Source: Isurus oxyrinchus (lineage: Eukaryota). Taken from it: a stretch of 64,000 nucleotides of DNA. The stretch spans positions 30,318,001 through 30,382,000 of the forward strand of contig JANJGN010000017.1 of the NCBI GenBank assembly GCA_026770705.1, given 5' to 3'. Shown here one piece after another: positions 51,392 through 64,000 of this stretch. A program made the translations under genes and the position numbers. Below the pieces are notes generated by a model. The model was not told the origin of the DNA. It ran no database searches and worked only from the letters and a program-made list of their open reading frames with translations. Numbering within the stretch: position 1 is the stretch's first letter; each line of letters starts with the position of its first letter.

Positions 51392-54300
51392 ATAGTACTC
51401 CACACTTACAGTTTTTATTTAGTTAATTCCTTCAATAGGTTAATAGTTTTGAAATTCAATCCTAAATATTGCTCCTCCTGATTATTTTGGCATCCTTTAT
51501 TTCATTCAATCCTAACTTTTTTGTATGTACTGTGAAATATTTTTCCAACGATCAAGCTCAAGCTCCATCTTCCCCATCATTGATCCTTTGGGCTTCTTGA
51601 AGAATAAAATTGGCCAGTTAAAGATGAATGAAATTTTAGCAAATATTTTTCCTTCAACTGAAGTCCAAAAGCAGCACAGCAGAAAAATAGTGAGATCTTG
51701 AAAAACAAACTTTCCATGGTACTGGACAATGTTCCTATGAACTGATGCTGGCTAAGTTAACAATGGTCAGACACGAGTGGATTGCACCAGTTAACTAATA
51801 AAAACCTATAAAATTAAGAAGATGCAAATTCACACATGCAGCTGTTAACATTTAGAATAGTCACCATTACAGTTACAAAGCTAATTGTTGACTTCAAATG
51901 GAGGTTCTAATATGTGAAATCGTATGGGTTTATGTATACTATGGATATTTCTCAAGTTAAATATCAGGCATGGGGAATACTTGACACTGTAGCTGATGTC
52001 TAAAGAAAACAAATTGGATTAATTGGCTTTCTATTATTCCTCATCTCCTCTTGGGCTGAGGTTATGGGCTTGGCTCTTTATTATCCTGACAAATTAGATT
52101 AATTTCCAGTTTTCTTATCCATCTTTAGTTGACCGAAAGCATTTAATTTTAAGAGTTCAGTTTATTTTTAGGCAGTTTGCAAAGTCAGAGCACTGTAGCA
52201 AAGTACTGTAATGCAGAGGGGAAGATTGATGTACAACTTAGTTGGGCTTTGTGTCAAGAGAATGGAAATTCAAATTCATCAACAAGCAAAGCTTTTCCAT
52301 TTACACTGGTGGTGTATAGTGATTGGGGATTGATGGACAGGGGAGAAATAACAAAAGACTTGAAACACAAAACGGGTCCTTTTTTTATTTGGCTTTCAGA
52401 TCTATGATCACTAAAGGCATCAGAGTAGATTCATTATTTCCACTCTACAGGAGTTGGAAGTTGCTGTGTTTCCTTATGGACAGGAGATTGTGTGCTCTCA
52501 TTAGGACACTTCAAAGATACCCTGGGATCTGGACACCCATTCCCAATCTATTTGGTGTTATTTATCCTAAATGTCAATTCACAATTAAATGACATTTGTG
52601 TCCCAAATGATCTATAACTACAGCTTTAAAGTCCAAAGGTATCAATGCAGCAATGGAATCTATTATTAAGGCTAGTAATGGAAGGGCCACAGAAAGATGC
52701 AACATATGTGTTACCCTCAGTCACCTCCTCATGTCTTAATTTTTAGTAACTGAATGTCACATTGCAAATCGATGCATTGCTATGTAAAAAGCATATTAAA
52801 CAAAACACAGTGAAATTGAAAGTCCACAATATGCCAAATAAGCTAATATGCTTGCAATGCATAGCCCAAAGAGCTAGTCCTTAGTGTCCCTCCCAACATT
52901 CCTGTTTGGTTTCCTGTTTAAGCATTGTTGCCTGTTGAACCTTGAGTTGAAGCATTTTATCAAGCTGACTTGGAATATGCCTTAGCCTATTTAAAATGCG
53001 CAGAATCAAGAATAAAGCAATCTGTGTGGCAATTGTTTGTCTTGCATTTAATAGAGTAATGTCATCTCATCTGTTACATGGGAAATAAAAAAGTCAAGCT
53101 TAAATGTACAAAAAATTATGACGGAAGCTCTAAATAAAGTGAAGTAATGCAAGTTTATTGAGCACAGAATCAATCAATCAATGCACAAGTGGATTAACAA
53201 CAACTCATCGACTCGCGAGAGATGATTTGCCGAAATATCAAGAAGATTGTGCAATTAAGGACTAAAAATGTTGTCTGCAACATTATGGGATGTAAATGAT
53301 GAGAAATCAATTTGCAAAGGGAAAGAACAGATGCACCTCCCTCCCCCAAATCCTGACATGCTTCTTTATTTATTGCTAAACAACATTGCTGCAATGACCT
53401 GAAACTTCTGTAGGTGTTTATTTACTCTCAACACATCAAATGATCAATATTTTTAATTTGGGTTCAAGTTATTATTTTTCACATCACAGCTTCAGGAGCA
53501 AAGTAAAGTGGCTCATATTTTAGCGCTAAAAAGATCGATATGACAGTTTCACCTTCACTACAGACCCTGCCAGTTGACTGCAGCACATCATAATGTACAG
53601 TAGGTGATGTAGGTGCAGCCGCGCTGGAATCACATCATTATCCAGACATGGAGCCAGACAGGAATGATTTAGCCCATCATGAAGCGCCTGATGCCCTTAG
53701 TAAACCAATCTCAGCTCATACAGTTTATCAGACCTGTCTTTTATTGAGCAAAGGACGGACAGTTTCATAAAGCAGATTACGTCCCTCATCATAAATGCAT
53801 CCAATTTTTGCTGAGCCAAGGAACATCTGTAAACTATAATTAATTTTCCATAAATTTCCAAACAAAATTATTCAAACCTGAAACCATGCCCTGAAATACA
53901 CAGTTATAATTCATTTACTACGGTGGATTCATTGATCGCCATTCAGTATGTCTGTGCGTACAGGAAGAAGAATTACAGCCAGAGCATATTACTTCAGTGA
54001 CATCTACTTCATTTAAATGATTTGGGACTGGTCTGCCTTTCCTTAGTCAAAATGAAAGGTGGCTGGATGGCTTATTCTATCTCAGTCGCATTTTGTCTAA
54101 GCTGGAAATGCACTCACAGTTTATGTTTGACATAAATTCAAGACACAATTCTCAATCAAAAATTTATTCCCTGTTCATAGGATCATGCTTCTTAATTCTA
54201 AGCAAGTGGCTGCTTTAATAGTGGTTTCTCTGTTAAAGAGTTTGCACAAAATGATTTGCTTTAATAAGCCAAAGGTTGATGGGGAAACCATGCTTCCAGT

Positions 54301-56175
54301 CAAGTCCTTTGCAGCTTATTAAAGAGAAGTTAATTATCCTTGATAATTGCCGCAGTGGTTTCTCAAGTGATACACTTACAGGCCGGATGTACCTTTTTGG
54401 TGAAGGTTAATATTGTGTTGATTGTCGTTAGGTGTGGAGGCATAGGAAGTAGGAAAGTCAATAGAAAAAGACTTAACAAAATGATGCATCAAAGGTTAAA
54501 TGTAAATGTTACAGGTATGATGGCCAGTGTGATTATTAAATGATCCAAAGGTACAGGAAGTTTGCAGTCTATAATAAATATGAATTAAATATGGCTACAA
54601 TTCATCTGGAAATACTCCAGCACCACGTGGCTCCCTGGTGAATCAGCTACCTTCCCCAAATTACTTCCTTCAACACTAACTGCATCTTCCCAACTGCATC
54701 TCTTCTAAAACTAAATTAAGCAATTCAATACGATGTAAGACTTCCATTTTAAAAATAATAAAAACTTAGCCATATTAAAAAAAAGATTTCAAATGAAATT
54801 CCATATCCGGCAGCCTGCCTGAATCTAAATCAACTACACGTGAGGTAAAAGAGTGGCCAGCTAAGGTAATTGGTGAATATGTAAGGTGGGCTAGATTTTC
54901 ACCTCTGTCTCCTTCACAGGCAGACCACCCAGTTGGAACAATAAATTGCAGGCTACCTGCCATGCCAGCAGTGACCTTCAGTTAACTCATGGTGTTGGGG
55001 GTGATGTGATGGTGGGATGAACATGAGGGGAACTGACTGCAGGCTGGCAACAACAGTTGAGCTGCAAAGTCAGAAGGGACACTCCTGGAGTGTATTTTTA
55101 AATCATTTAAAAAAAAACACAGGTTTTGTCGGAGGTCAGTGCTTAGGCCACAGCATTGACTGAAGAATCCTGATCAAGGCAGGTCCAATGCTGTTCTTCT
55201 AATCGCAGACCAATTTAGCATGCGGAGGGGCGGGAGGGGGTGGTGGTTGGTATTGGGGGCTCAGACTGGTATTAGTCATCATTTACATGCCTAGAATCTA
55301 AAGTGAAAAGTGGACCAATGCAATTCAGGCATACTTGGGGCACAGGATGTTGGCCCCTGAAATTGGGCTGCAATGCATTGCATTACAATTCCCTGAGGCA
55401 GGGACATTTGTATGGTTGGGCCACACAAATTTGAGAAAATTTGCAAGTATCAACATGGCAGTGAAAGAAGTGAGTGAGAGTTTACTGCCTGAGAAAATGA
55501 GCACAGTGGTTATTGGCTGATATATCCTTGTAGAATAGGAAGAGAGGGCAACTCAAGAATGCAGAGGGCACAGAGGGTTCAAAAGTCATAATAGATACTA
55601 CCCTTGGCACAGTATGCTGCAGCGAAGTTAGCTAACAGGGCACTGTGGAGGAGGCTTGCATTTTGTTACTGAAGTACAGCACACCATTCTAAAATGTCCT
55701 GCAGGTAGGCAGTCAACTATCTACCACAACTTATATATCACAGTGATCTTCCATGGTCTACACACAGCTGGGCAGGTTTTCAGCTTGCCACCCATGCAAA
55801 AAAACTGTCAGTGCAGAATGGTCTCCTGTTACAGAAACCACCGATTTTCATTCCCATGAAGTCATGGTTGGTAAGTTGAGAATCTGCCTTGGTGGAAGGA
55901 ATCAGTCACTTTCTTATTCTCAGACAGACAATGGCCATTTCTTCTCTGTACACTGAGAAAATGACAGACTACAAACATTTTAATAATAAATCCATTCTAG
56001 TACATTGTACAATGCTTATGGTGTGTGCACATATTTTGTTTTACTCCCACGCCTGCCCTTGTGTGTCTGAATGTACCCTTGTTGGTTGTCCATGTGTCTA
56101 GGATAGGGAAGAGCATTTGTGGATGATTGGATATTGACTTGGTGAGCAACAGTGGACACACAAGCCCCAGAGTCT

Positions 56176-57060
56176 ATGGTCTGGATTTTTACAAGTTGGG
56201 TTGACGCGGGCCACTTTAAAAATGGCCAGCAGGTCCTGATTCTGGGATTTCTGACCCCTTTCCTGGACTGTGCAATTTTTGGGAAAGCCTTTAAAGGGTG
56301 CAGGCCGGTTCCTATCAAAAGCCTGTATCTGGCATTCCTGACCTGGCCGACTCTATTGCCAGGCATCTTTCATGGAGCAGGGCCAGGATTTTAAAGAGTC
56401 ATAGTTCACAGCCTCTCACAGGAGTCATGAACCCTAGTCTGCATGAGGGGACCTTTTAAAAGGTAAGTTCAAGAGATTCCCCTCAAGCCCCCTCTGCCAC
56501 TTTATGCCCTTGATCCACCCCACATAGTCCCTCATGCTCCGATGCCAAGCTCTACCCTTCCACCCACCCACAATGGCTCCTCATCCCCTATGTCCCTCTA
56601 CCCACCCCTAAGTACTGTCATGCCTCTTAAGCCAAGTTCTCCCTTCCATCCTGCTATGGCCCTTCATGCCCTTTATGCCACCCCCTATGATTTCTTATGC
56701 CTCTTATGCTACGCTGTGGCACTTCCATCCCCATTGGTCAACTGTATACTTTCTAGAACCAATGAACCTTATACTGTAAAGTAGAATTAGAAAAAAAACA
56801 CATTGAAACCTTGAAAAAACGTCATTCATTGACAAGTTTCTCTGATTGAAAAAAAGTCTGAAACACAAGCTAATGAAAGTGTCAATCATCCAGGTTCCTT
56901 GACATCTCAAAAATCATAAACCATAAACCTTTGAAACCACTTAACATGTGTAAATAAACATTGTGAAATCGACAACCAAAGTAAGAGAGCCTGAGCTGTC
57001 AATCAAACAATAATTTCTCTGGGGAGCAGCTGTTTAGTGTTCTAATAGCTGTCTGGGCTC
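56176..57060. mobile_element. Degenerate MITE-like element abutting CR1
   Basis: Starts ggtctggatttt (TIR-like) and has a C-rich low-complexity interior at 56480-56730. Confidence 0.4.
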
Positions 57061-57084
57061 TCAGCCAAGAATACATAATAAGGC

Positions 57085-58480
57085 TTGACTGAGCATTTTC
57101 CTTATGACAGATGTTAAGCTAACTGGCTTATAATTTCCTACTTTCTGTCTCCCTCCTTCCTTGAATAGAGGAATCATATTTATCACTTTCCAATCTGATG
57201 ACACCTTTCTAGGATCTAGGGATTTTTGGAAATCTAAAACCAATGCATCTACTATCGCAGCAGCCATTTAGTTTCAGACCCTAGGATGAAATCCATCAGG
57301 ACCTGCAGACTTGTCAGGCCTCTTGTTCTAATATTTTTTTCAATATCCTTTCCCTGGTGATTGTAATTACATTTAGTTTCTCCCTCCCCTTCACTTCCTG
57401 ATTCACAGTCATTTCTGGGATTCACAATTACTTCCATAGTGAAGACAGATACAAAATATCTGTTTAATTCATCTACCATTTCCTTATTTTCCACTATTAA
57501 TTTTGCAGACTCACTCTGTACTCACTTTACCTGCTCTTTTCCTTTCCAAATTCCTGTAGAAACTCTTACTATCTGTTTTTATATTTATAGCTAGCTTTCT
57601 CTCGCACTCTAATTTCTCCCTCTTTATTAGTCTTTTAGTCATTCTCTGCTGTCTTTTATATTTTGTCTAATCTTCTAACCTGCCTCTCATCTTTAAGGAA
57701 TTATACGCCTTTTACTTCAATATTATACTATCTTTAACTTCCTTAGTTAGCCACAGATGGTGTATCCTTCCCTTAAAGTCTTTCTTTCTCACTGGAATCT
57801 GTCTATTCTGGTTATTCTGAAATATCTCCTTAAATGTCTGCCACTGCATCTCTATACCTTAACCTAATTTCCTAGTTCACTTTAGCTAGCTCTGTCTTCA
57901 GACCCTCATAATTGTCTTTATTTAAGTTTAAAACACTAGTCTTGAATCCACTCTTCTCTCCCTCAAACTGAATGCGAATTTCAATCATATTATGATCACT
58001 GCTACCTTGGGGCTCCTTCACTATGAGGCCATTAAATAATCCTGTCCGTCAATAGAATCCAAGCCGGTTGTTGAAGTCAAATCCAAATCCAAGCTTTTCT
58101 TTCCTAAGAGCGTTCATTGACTTTGTTCAGTCTCATATCCGTTCTTTCTTCCCAGTGTCCCAGCTATCCCCTATTGATATGTGGTCAAGTACTTAGTTAA
58201 ACAATGCCCTTCACAAGTGTATCTTAAACATATAAAGAATATAGTTAACATACTATTAACACTGTCCCATTGCACATTACAAGATCTAGTCTAGCCTGCT
58301 ATCTGGCTGGCTTCAGAATGTGCTGCTCTAAGAAACTGTCCCAAAAACACTCTATCAACTCACCATTCTGATTCATCCAATCTACATGTAGGTTAAAACC
58401 ACTCATGATTATTGCTGTATCTTTTTCACAAGCCCCATTTATTTCTTCTGAAATACATTGCCATACAGTGTGGCTACTGT
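57085..58480 (-). mobile_element. CR1 LINE ORF2 internal fragment
   Basis: Peptides ENKEMVDELNRYFVSVFT and FQKSLD..V.SDWKV.N..PLFKEGGRQKVGNYKPVSLTSV..KML. Endonuclease C-terminal remnants (G.SDHNMIEI) near 57980-58010 and 58290-58470. Confidence 0.88.
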
Positions 58481-58581
58481 TATAGCTTTCCCTCTCTCTC
58501 TACGATCTCTGCTCCATTTCTCTGCCATGTTGCAGACCCAGGAGTACTGCAAACACAATTTCGATACCTATTGCAGACTTA

Positions 58582-58674
58582 GGCCAGAACTTTATGGCCC
58601 CGTCGTGGCAAGCCATTCTAAGCTCCATTGACTTTGGCGGGGTCATAAGATCCCACTGGCGTAAAATTCCGGCC
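58582..58674. mobile_element. 93-bp Tourist/Harbinger-type MITE
   Basis: TIRs ggccagaacttta / taaaattccggcc. Canonical TTA TSD at 58579-58581 and 58675-58677. Confidence 0.8.
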
Positions 58675-60747
58675 TTAGTGTGTGAAGATGACCCAACTCT
58701 CTGTCTTCCCTGAACAAATACACTGGCTCACCAACAGCTTCAAAAACCACAGCACAGAACTTCCACAAACTTTGCAATAGTCGAGTAAGTCAAAAGCATC
58801 TCACTGCACCCGGACGGTTGGTCCTTTAAATAGCGCTCGTGCAATTCATGCAACTGAACACGTGTACAGTGGTGAGTGATTAGCACAGGTGTTCACCGAT
58901 TGGTCAAATGGTTGACTGATGTCACTATCTGACTTCTCCGATGGTTCCAGTGTATGCCCAGCTGCCTGCACAAGCACCTTTCACAGCATGGCTGCTGTGT
59001 GGGCCATGCTGGAAGTGGCTGGTAGTACGGTGCACACCACTGTTTGACAGCAGATAGCGCAGGGCCTTCTGCACGATCGAAGCAATGAAATCTTGTTGTA
59101 GTTATATTTGCTGGAGAATCTGGCATCCAAAATGAGGTCCTAATTCATTGTAGTCCTGACCTCACACGACCATGTTGGATTTTGGGGGCTTGTGTGTTTT
59201 AATATCCTTTGGATTGTTTGCTTTATTTAAAGGTGGCTCTTTGATCCATTTGTAGTACTGTACTTTTTTCATAAAACAGTATCTTTGAATGTGTTAATTT
59301 ATAACGGTTTTAATAACCTGAAGGATTAAAGACTTTTGAGAGGCTCAAAATACCATTTGGCATGTCATAAACAGTATAATTTCTTAGTCTCTGCCTCACA
59401 TGCCTATGCACATACTTCCAGTAATATCATTCAACATTTTTACTCAATAATTGTCTTTGAGACTATTTCCATAAAACCGCAGGCTCCGAATGGCATTTCA
59501 TTCAAATATATTTCAGGTGCGGGGCACTATTATTAAACTAGCATTTGTTTCATATCTCAGCTAAACTGGACAGTTGACAAACACCTGGAGCAATTTATAA
59601 CACTATATCCCCTTTTCCAGCTGTAAAACCCGAATGCCTCAAAATATTCAAAATTGAAAAATAATGTCCTGTGATCGATTACCTGAAGCTACATTTTCCT
59701 CCCTGCAATCATGATAACATATCCCATCTGGGATCTTTCCGAAGGGATGACCCAGCCATTACTGAGCACCAGTAGAGGAAAAAAATCCCTCATTCCCTTT
59801 TTACATTGTTATATGCTGAATTTCACCAAATTAAGGCTTAATTTAAACAAGCGACATTGGGAGGTTGATACATTTACTAGTTCCATGGTTCACTAGAAGC
59901 CTTTCGGGACCAGTAAGTGCATCATGGGCTTGCTTGCTTTACTGATTCAATTTGATGACTGTCTTCAAATTACTTGTTATCGATTAATGGCAGGAGCGGC
60001 GGGTGTGGGCGGATTAGTTTGAACATAACCGTTTGCTTTTTGTTAGTGGTGTATTCCTCCTAGTGGTTGTTTTGCTTGATTCCACTATATACTGGTTTAT
60101 GGTGTACGTTTGTAGATTTGAAATAAGCTAGAGCGCCTCTTCAATTGAAAATGCCGGTGGACTTTAGACAGTTTTCAGGCAGTAACAATGTTGCATTCTG
60201 ACTAACTTCAACAATGAGCGCTTTTGAGATTATTGAGATCCTCCAATCATCATTCCTCACTGACAGGCAGTTCAGATATTTTTATTGCCGCTATTTGTCG
60301 TTGACTTTTATTGAAATGTCAGATAAAACTCCACAGGCTGTGCACGGTAGTCTAATCAATACCATACGATGACATAACTAGCAAATACTAATAAATTCAT
60401 TAGTTACTATCAACAAACAATTTGCAGTTATTTTTATAGCAGATCATGTTTAACAAACAATCTTTTAATAGCTCAATCTAACAAACTCCCTGCAGTTAGG
60501 TTCGTAATTTATTCCATGATCCTTTAGTAGCATGTTGACCTTTTATGTGTTATGTTTTTTATTTGTATGAGATAACATTATGTTAGAATTTATTCTGGGG
60601 TGTGAACATTGAGAAAGAACTAGGAAGTCCTGGGGAGCTGGTAGGATGATTCGGGGAAGGTAGAAGGAGGGGAATGTGGGAAAATGAGTGGGGAATTGAG
60701 GGGAGAATCTGAGCGTAAATGAAGAATAAATACATAGAAAACACAGA

Positions 60748-61396
60748 GGCCAAAATCTTGTTCGGTGTGCGGGGGTGGGCCCTGCATGCCGACGCATAAA
60801 ACGACGCGCGGTGACATCGGGCATGCGTCCCGATGTCACCGCGCGTCATTCTGATCTTCCGTTCGGCAGGCGCACACCGGAGTCAGCTGCGCGCCCACCG
60901 AACTGTCAAAGGCCTGTTAAGGCCGTTTAAAAACCAATTAACCCTATTAAGAAAGCTGCCCGTCCACCTTAAGGTTGTCGGGCAGGCGAAGAGCCCAGGC
61001 GGCCTTTGCGTATATCATGAAACCTCATCCACAGGCGGGATGAGGTTTCGTGAAGGTTTTATAAATTAAACAAAAATGTTTATGCAAATTCACATTGGCA
61101 CTGTCGCATGAGGGGACACGCCTGAATAATTTAATTTTTTCTACTCTTCTCAACTTTAACACTGAACTTAATCTCCTTGAGGCAGCTCCGTGCCTGTGGG
61201 AGATTTCTGCATGCAAGAAAGGGCGCAGGCCCTGGCTTTCCCTCCTCTTTCCGCCTGCACAAGTAGCGCTGAGCACCACCGGGCGCACTTAATTGGCCCG
61301 CCCATGCAAAATGGCAGCCCGCAGCCAATCACGGGCAGCGATCGGCTCCACCCCTGCTCCCTGCCCAGCCTGCCCGATAGGGAGAAAATTCTCCCC
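60748..61396 (+). mobile_element. MITE family A, complete CpG-rich copy
   Basis: TIRs ggccaaaatctt / aaaattctcccc. 3-bp TSD AGA at 60745-60747 and 61397-61399. Confidence 0.85.
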
Positions 61397-63213
61397 AGAT
61401 GGTTGCAATCTTTCTTTTCCAACTGCAAGCTTTTGAAATGATGTAATATCTAATAAACCTGTAAATTACTGAGGGACAAGGTGTTGTTCACAGAAGCAAA
61501 AGCTACAAATTAACATGAAGTTCCCACTTAAAGTGACAGCAGATGAAGAATATCACAGAATCCACCAAGTCAAAGGTTCCAGGACAATTCAGAGTAGAGG
61601 GTTACAAGGTTTATAGCAGACCACATTAAATAAATGGAGAAAGGCAAATAAGTGTAATGTAAGGAAAGGAATGAAACTAGGACCTGAGCTTGGTTCCAAG
61701 TTTTGAACACAGGGTATTAAAGCTTCCCTCTTTGAAGAAACATTTGGTCACCTGTCCCAATGTTGCCTTATGTGGTTCAGTGGCAAAATCTGTTTGCTCT
61801 CTCAGCATGTTACATCACATTGAAGCTGCTATAAAAACAAGTTATTGTTGTATTACTGCAAGAAAGCTATCTATAGAGTTACAGCAATGTTTGCACTCAT
61901 CAAGGTGAGGGGTGTTAGGGCTGGTAAGTCTAACATTTGCATTCGCAGATCAATTAAAGCAAAGCCCTGCTCCAACAAACTGATGCACCAACAGTATGAA
62001 ACAAACACCCCTTCTACACCACCATTTTTCCATTTTCCACATCAGCTCACCTATGGCAACCCTGGGTAACACTGCCAATTTGGTCGTGAATTTGGAGTGC
62101 TTTTAAATATTTCCAGTAAGAACCGGATTGAAACCATACAAACTCATGTAATTTGTTATCTTACAACAACAGTTTGGACTAGAGTAAAACTCAGGCCTAA
62201 AGATGAAGGCCCAAAGTTCAACCCAGAGAGCCACCCAGTTCCCAGGTCCTCTAACACATTGCTGGGATGAAGTTCAACTCCCTGACCAAACATACCAGTA
62301 TAAAAATTAATCATTAAATATTTTGGTGATTAAAAACATTCTCATGTAATAGAATAGAATGTAACTTGTTCAGTTACTGTACAGCAAGCCCAACTATATA
62401 TGAACTCGATGCATTACAGTGGCTTTTTCCTAACTTCTGTGATGATTTGTACATGTACTTCCTGACAATTCAAGAAATGTTGATTTTTCTGATGACTGAC
62501 TCATTAACTGTCTTCTTTACCAATCCATCTGAAAGCACTTCCTACTTCTTTCGTTGTCTGAATTGCAACTGGGTTATTCCTGCTTCAAAGAAATTCCTGC
62601 TGTTGAGTGCCATCTAGTGTAACAGCCTGGTAATGCTAAGCAGTTTGATTTCAGGAATAAACATCGTTCCCAGAAAACTGGCATTGTCTGAAGAATTGTC
62701 TCTCTAAAATAAATGTGAACGTTTATTGCATGAGGTTAAGTGCATTATTATTCACTAAAGTACTTCATTTTGCTGCATTTTCTGAACACTATCCTGTAAT
62801 ATGCAAATACTTCAATCAAAATGTCGAAGTGGCAATTGGGAGGGGGAAACCACGTATAGATTGGCACCAGCTACTTTCAGGCCAAACCAATTTCGTAACA
62901 GTGGCATCTAACAGGTGTTAGGCCCATTATTCATAAATACAAACAGCTTAATATTTGTATAAGGTGCATGCCCTGCACCCCACTTTTAACACCTGTACCA
63001 ATATGTTTGGCAGGGTGCCTCCTGTTCAAAATGTGTGTGCACATCGCCCACCATACTGAAAACTTTGGTGTCCAATTTTACACCTGTAAAATGTCATTGA
63101 ATTTCTAGACCTATGTTCCTGAACTTTTACATCTTTGACAGTCTTCATTTATTGTCATATTGTACCACTTAGGTGGTATGCCATATTTCATTATTTCAGA
63201 ATTGCTTACTCAC

Positions 63214-63286
63214 CTGCACAGCAACTGATGCTGTGGGTTTGTACAAAAAACAGCCAGGAAAAAAAATGAACAACAGACACAATCAT
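63214..63286 (-). CDS. Candidate first coding exon encoding a signal peptide (MIVSVVHFFSWLFFVQTHSISCCA, phase-1 intron)
   Basis: ATG at 63286, 24 codons with a hydrophobic core and small residues at the end, then a consensus donor CAG|GTGAGT at 63214/63213. Possible acceptor ttttgcgtttggcag near 63593. Lies in non-repetitive sequence. Kozak context is weak. Confidence 0.45.
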
Positions 63287-64000
63287 GAAACACCAAAGAG
63301 GTGCCACGCACTGGGAGCAGTTCCACAATTGTTTCTGTAGACTCCAAGTTAACACATCTCTCCAAGCATCTGCAGTGAAGTGTCATATAGAAGTGACTGC
63401 TACTGATGGGTGGGGTTTTTAATGCAGGTTTCTGTCTGAATTGCAATTGTATTACTTTAACTAATTCAATGGTCATTGTAGACAGTCTTATTGTTTGGAT
63501 TGGTTTTCTTTCTATGTGTGCATTTTCACGCAGGAAGGATTTAGCTCATCAGCTGTGCTGCATTTTACAATAAATTCTTTGTAGATCTATATCTGCCAAA
63601 CGCAAAACAGTTTTCAACAAAACACATCGTATACCATTAAACATAAGTTTAATAAATGAGAAAAGATGACTGTGCTTCTGTCTACCTTGAATATCAGTGA
63701 AAACTGCTTATCAGATCCTTCTGTAATTTGGACTTGGAAGTTGCAAATTTGTACTTTTTTTGCTGAGACTGGGTTAGAATTTATATTCACCCCTGCCTCT
63801 CCAACAGAATAAATCGCCCAATTTTGGAGAACTGAAGTTTTGTTTTTGATTTTCTTTTTAGTAATTACATGACATAAAAGAAAAACCATCATGTTTTTGT
63901 TGTCTTATTGCACATGGAGATATATGTATATACCTAATTTTTTGGTAAAGTTTTAACATCCTTGAATCACAATGATAGCACGACCTTTGGCCTCACTGAC

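Noticed and set aside
63500-63560. Minus-strand ctgatgag...gaaa hammerhead-like words
   Set aside because: No convincing stem II closing pair or stems I and III.

Overview
Eukaryotic, AT-rich, CpG-depleted DNA with no prokaryote-style genes. The repeat content (SacSINE1/DeuSINE-like and LF-SINE-like SINEs, CR1 and RTE LINE fragments, Penelope-like termini, many PIF/Harbinger elements) is what I associate with cartilaginous fish (shark) genomes; this is inferred from recall, not from a search. The window looks like one very long intron or intergenic tract. The only plausible host coding sequence is a signal-peptide-like exon on the minus strand at 63214-63286. Nearly all supplied ORFs are spurious or are broken transposon genes. 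The most notable structures are: (1) fold-back Penelope-like insertions carrying minimal hammerhead ribozyme motifs, two of them with exact 14-bp target-site duplications and an asymmetric 33-34 nt tail; (2) a full-length Harbinger element with a dead transposase in which a 15-bp minisatellite arose, plus two separate Myb/SANT-only Harbinger relics and many MITEs with varied 3-bp TSDs; (3) two solo LTRs; (4) a 31-bp minisatellite; (5) an AG|GT recursive-splice-like motif. I found no solid evidence for a wholly new biological system. Family names come from motif recognition and need Dfam/Repbase/BLAST confirmation.
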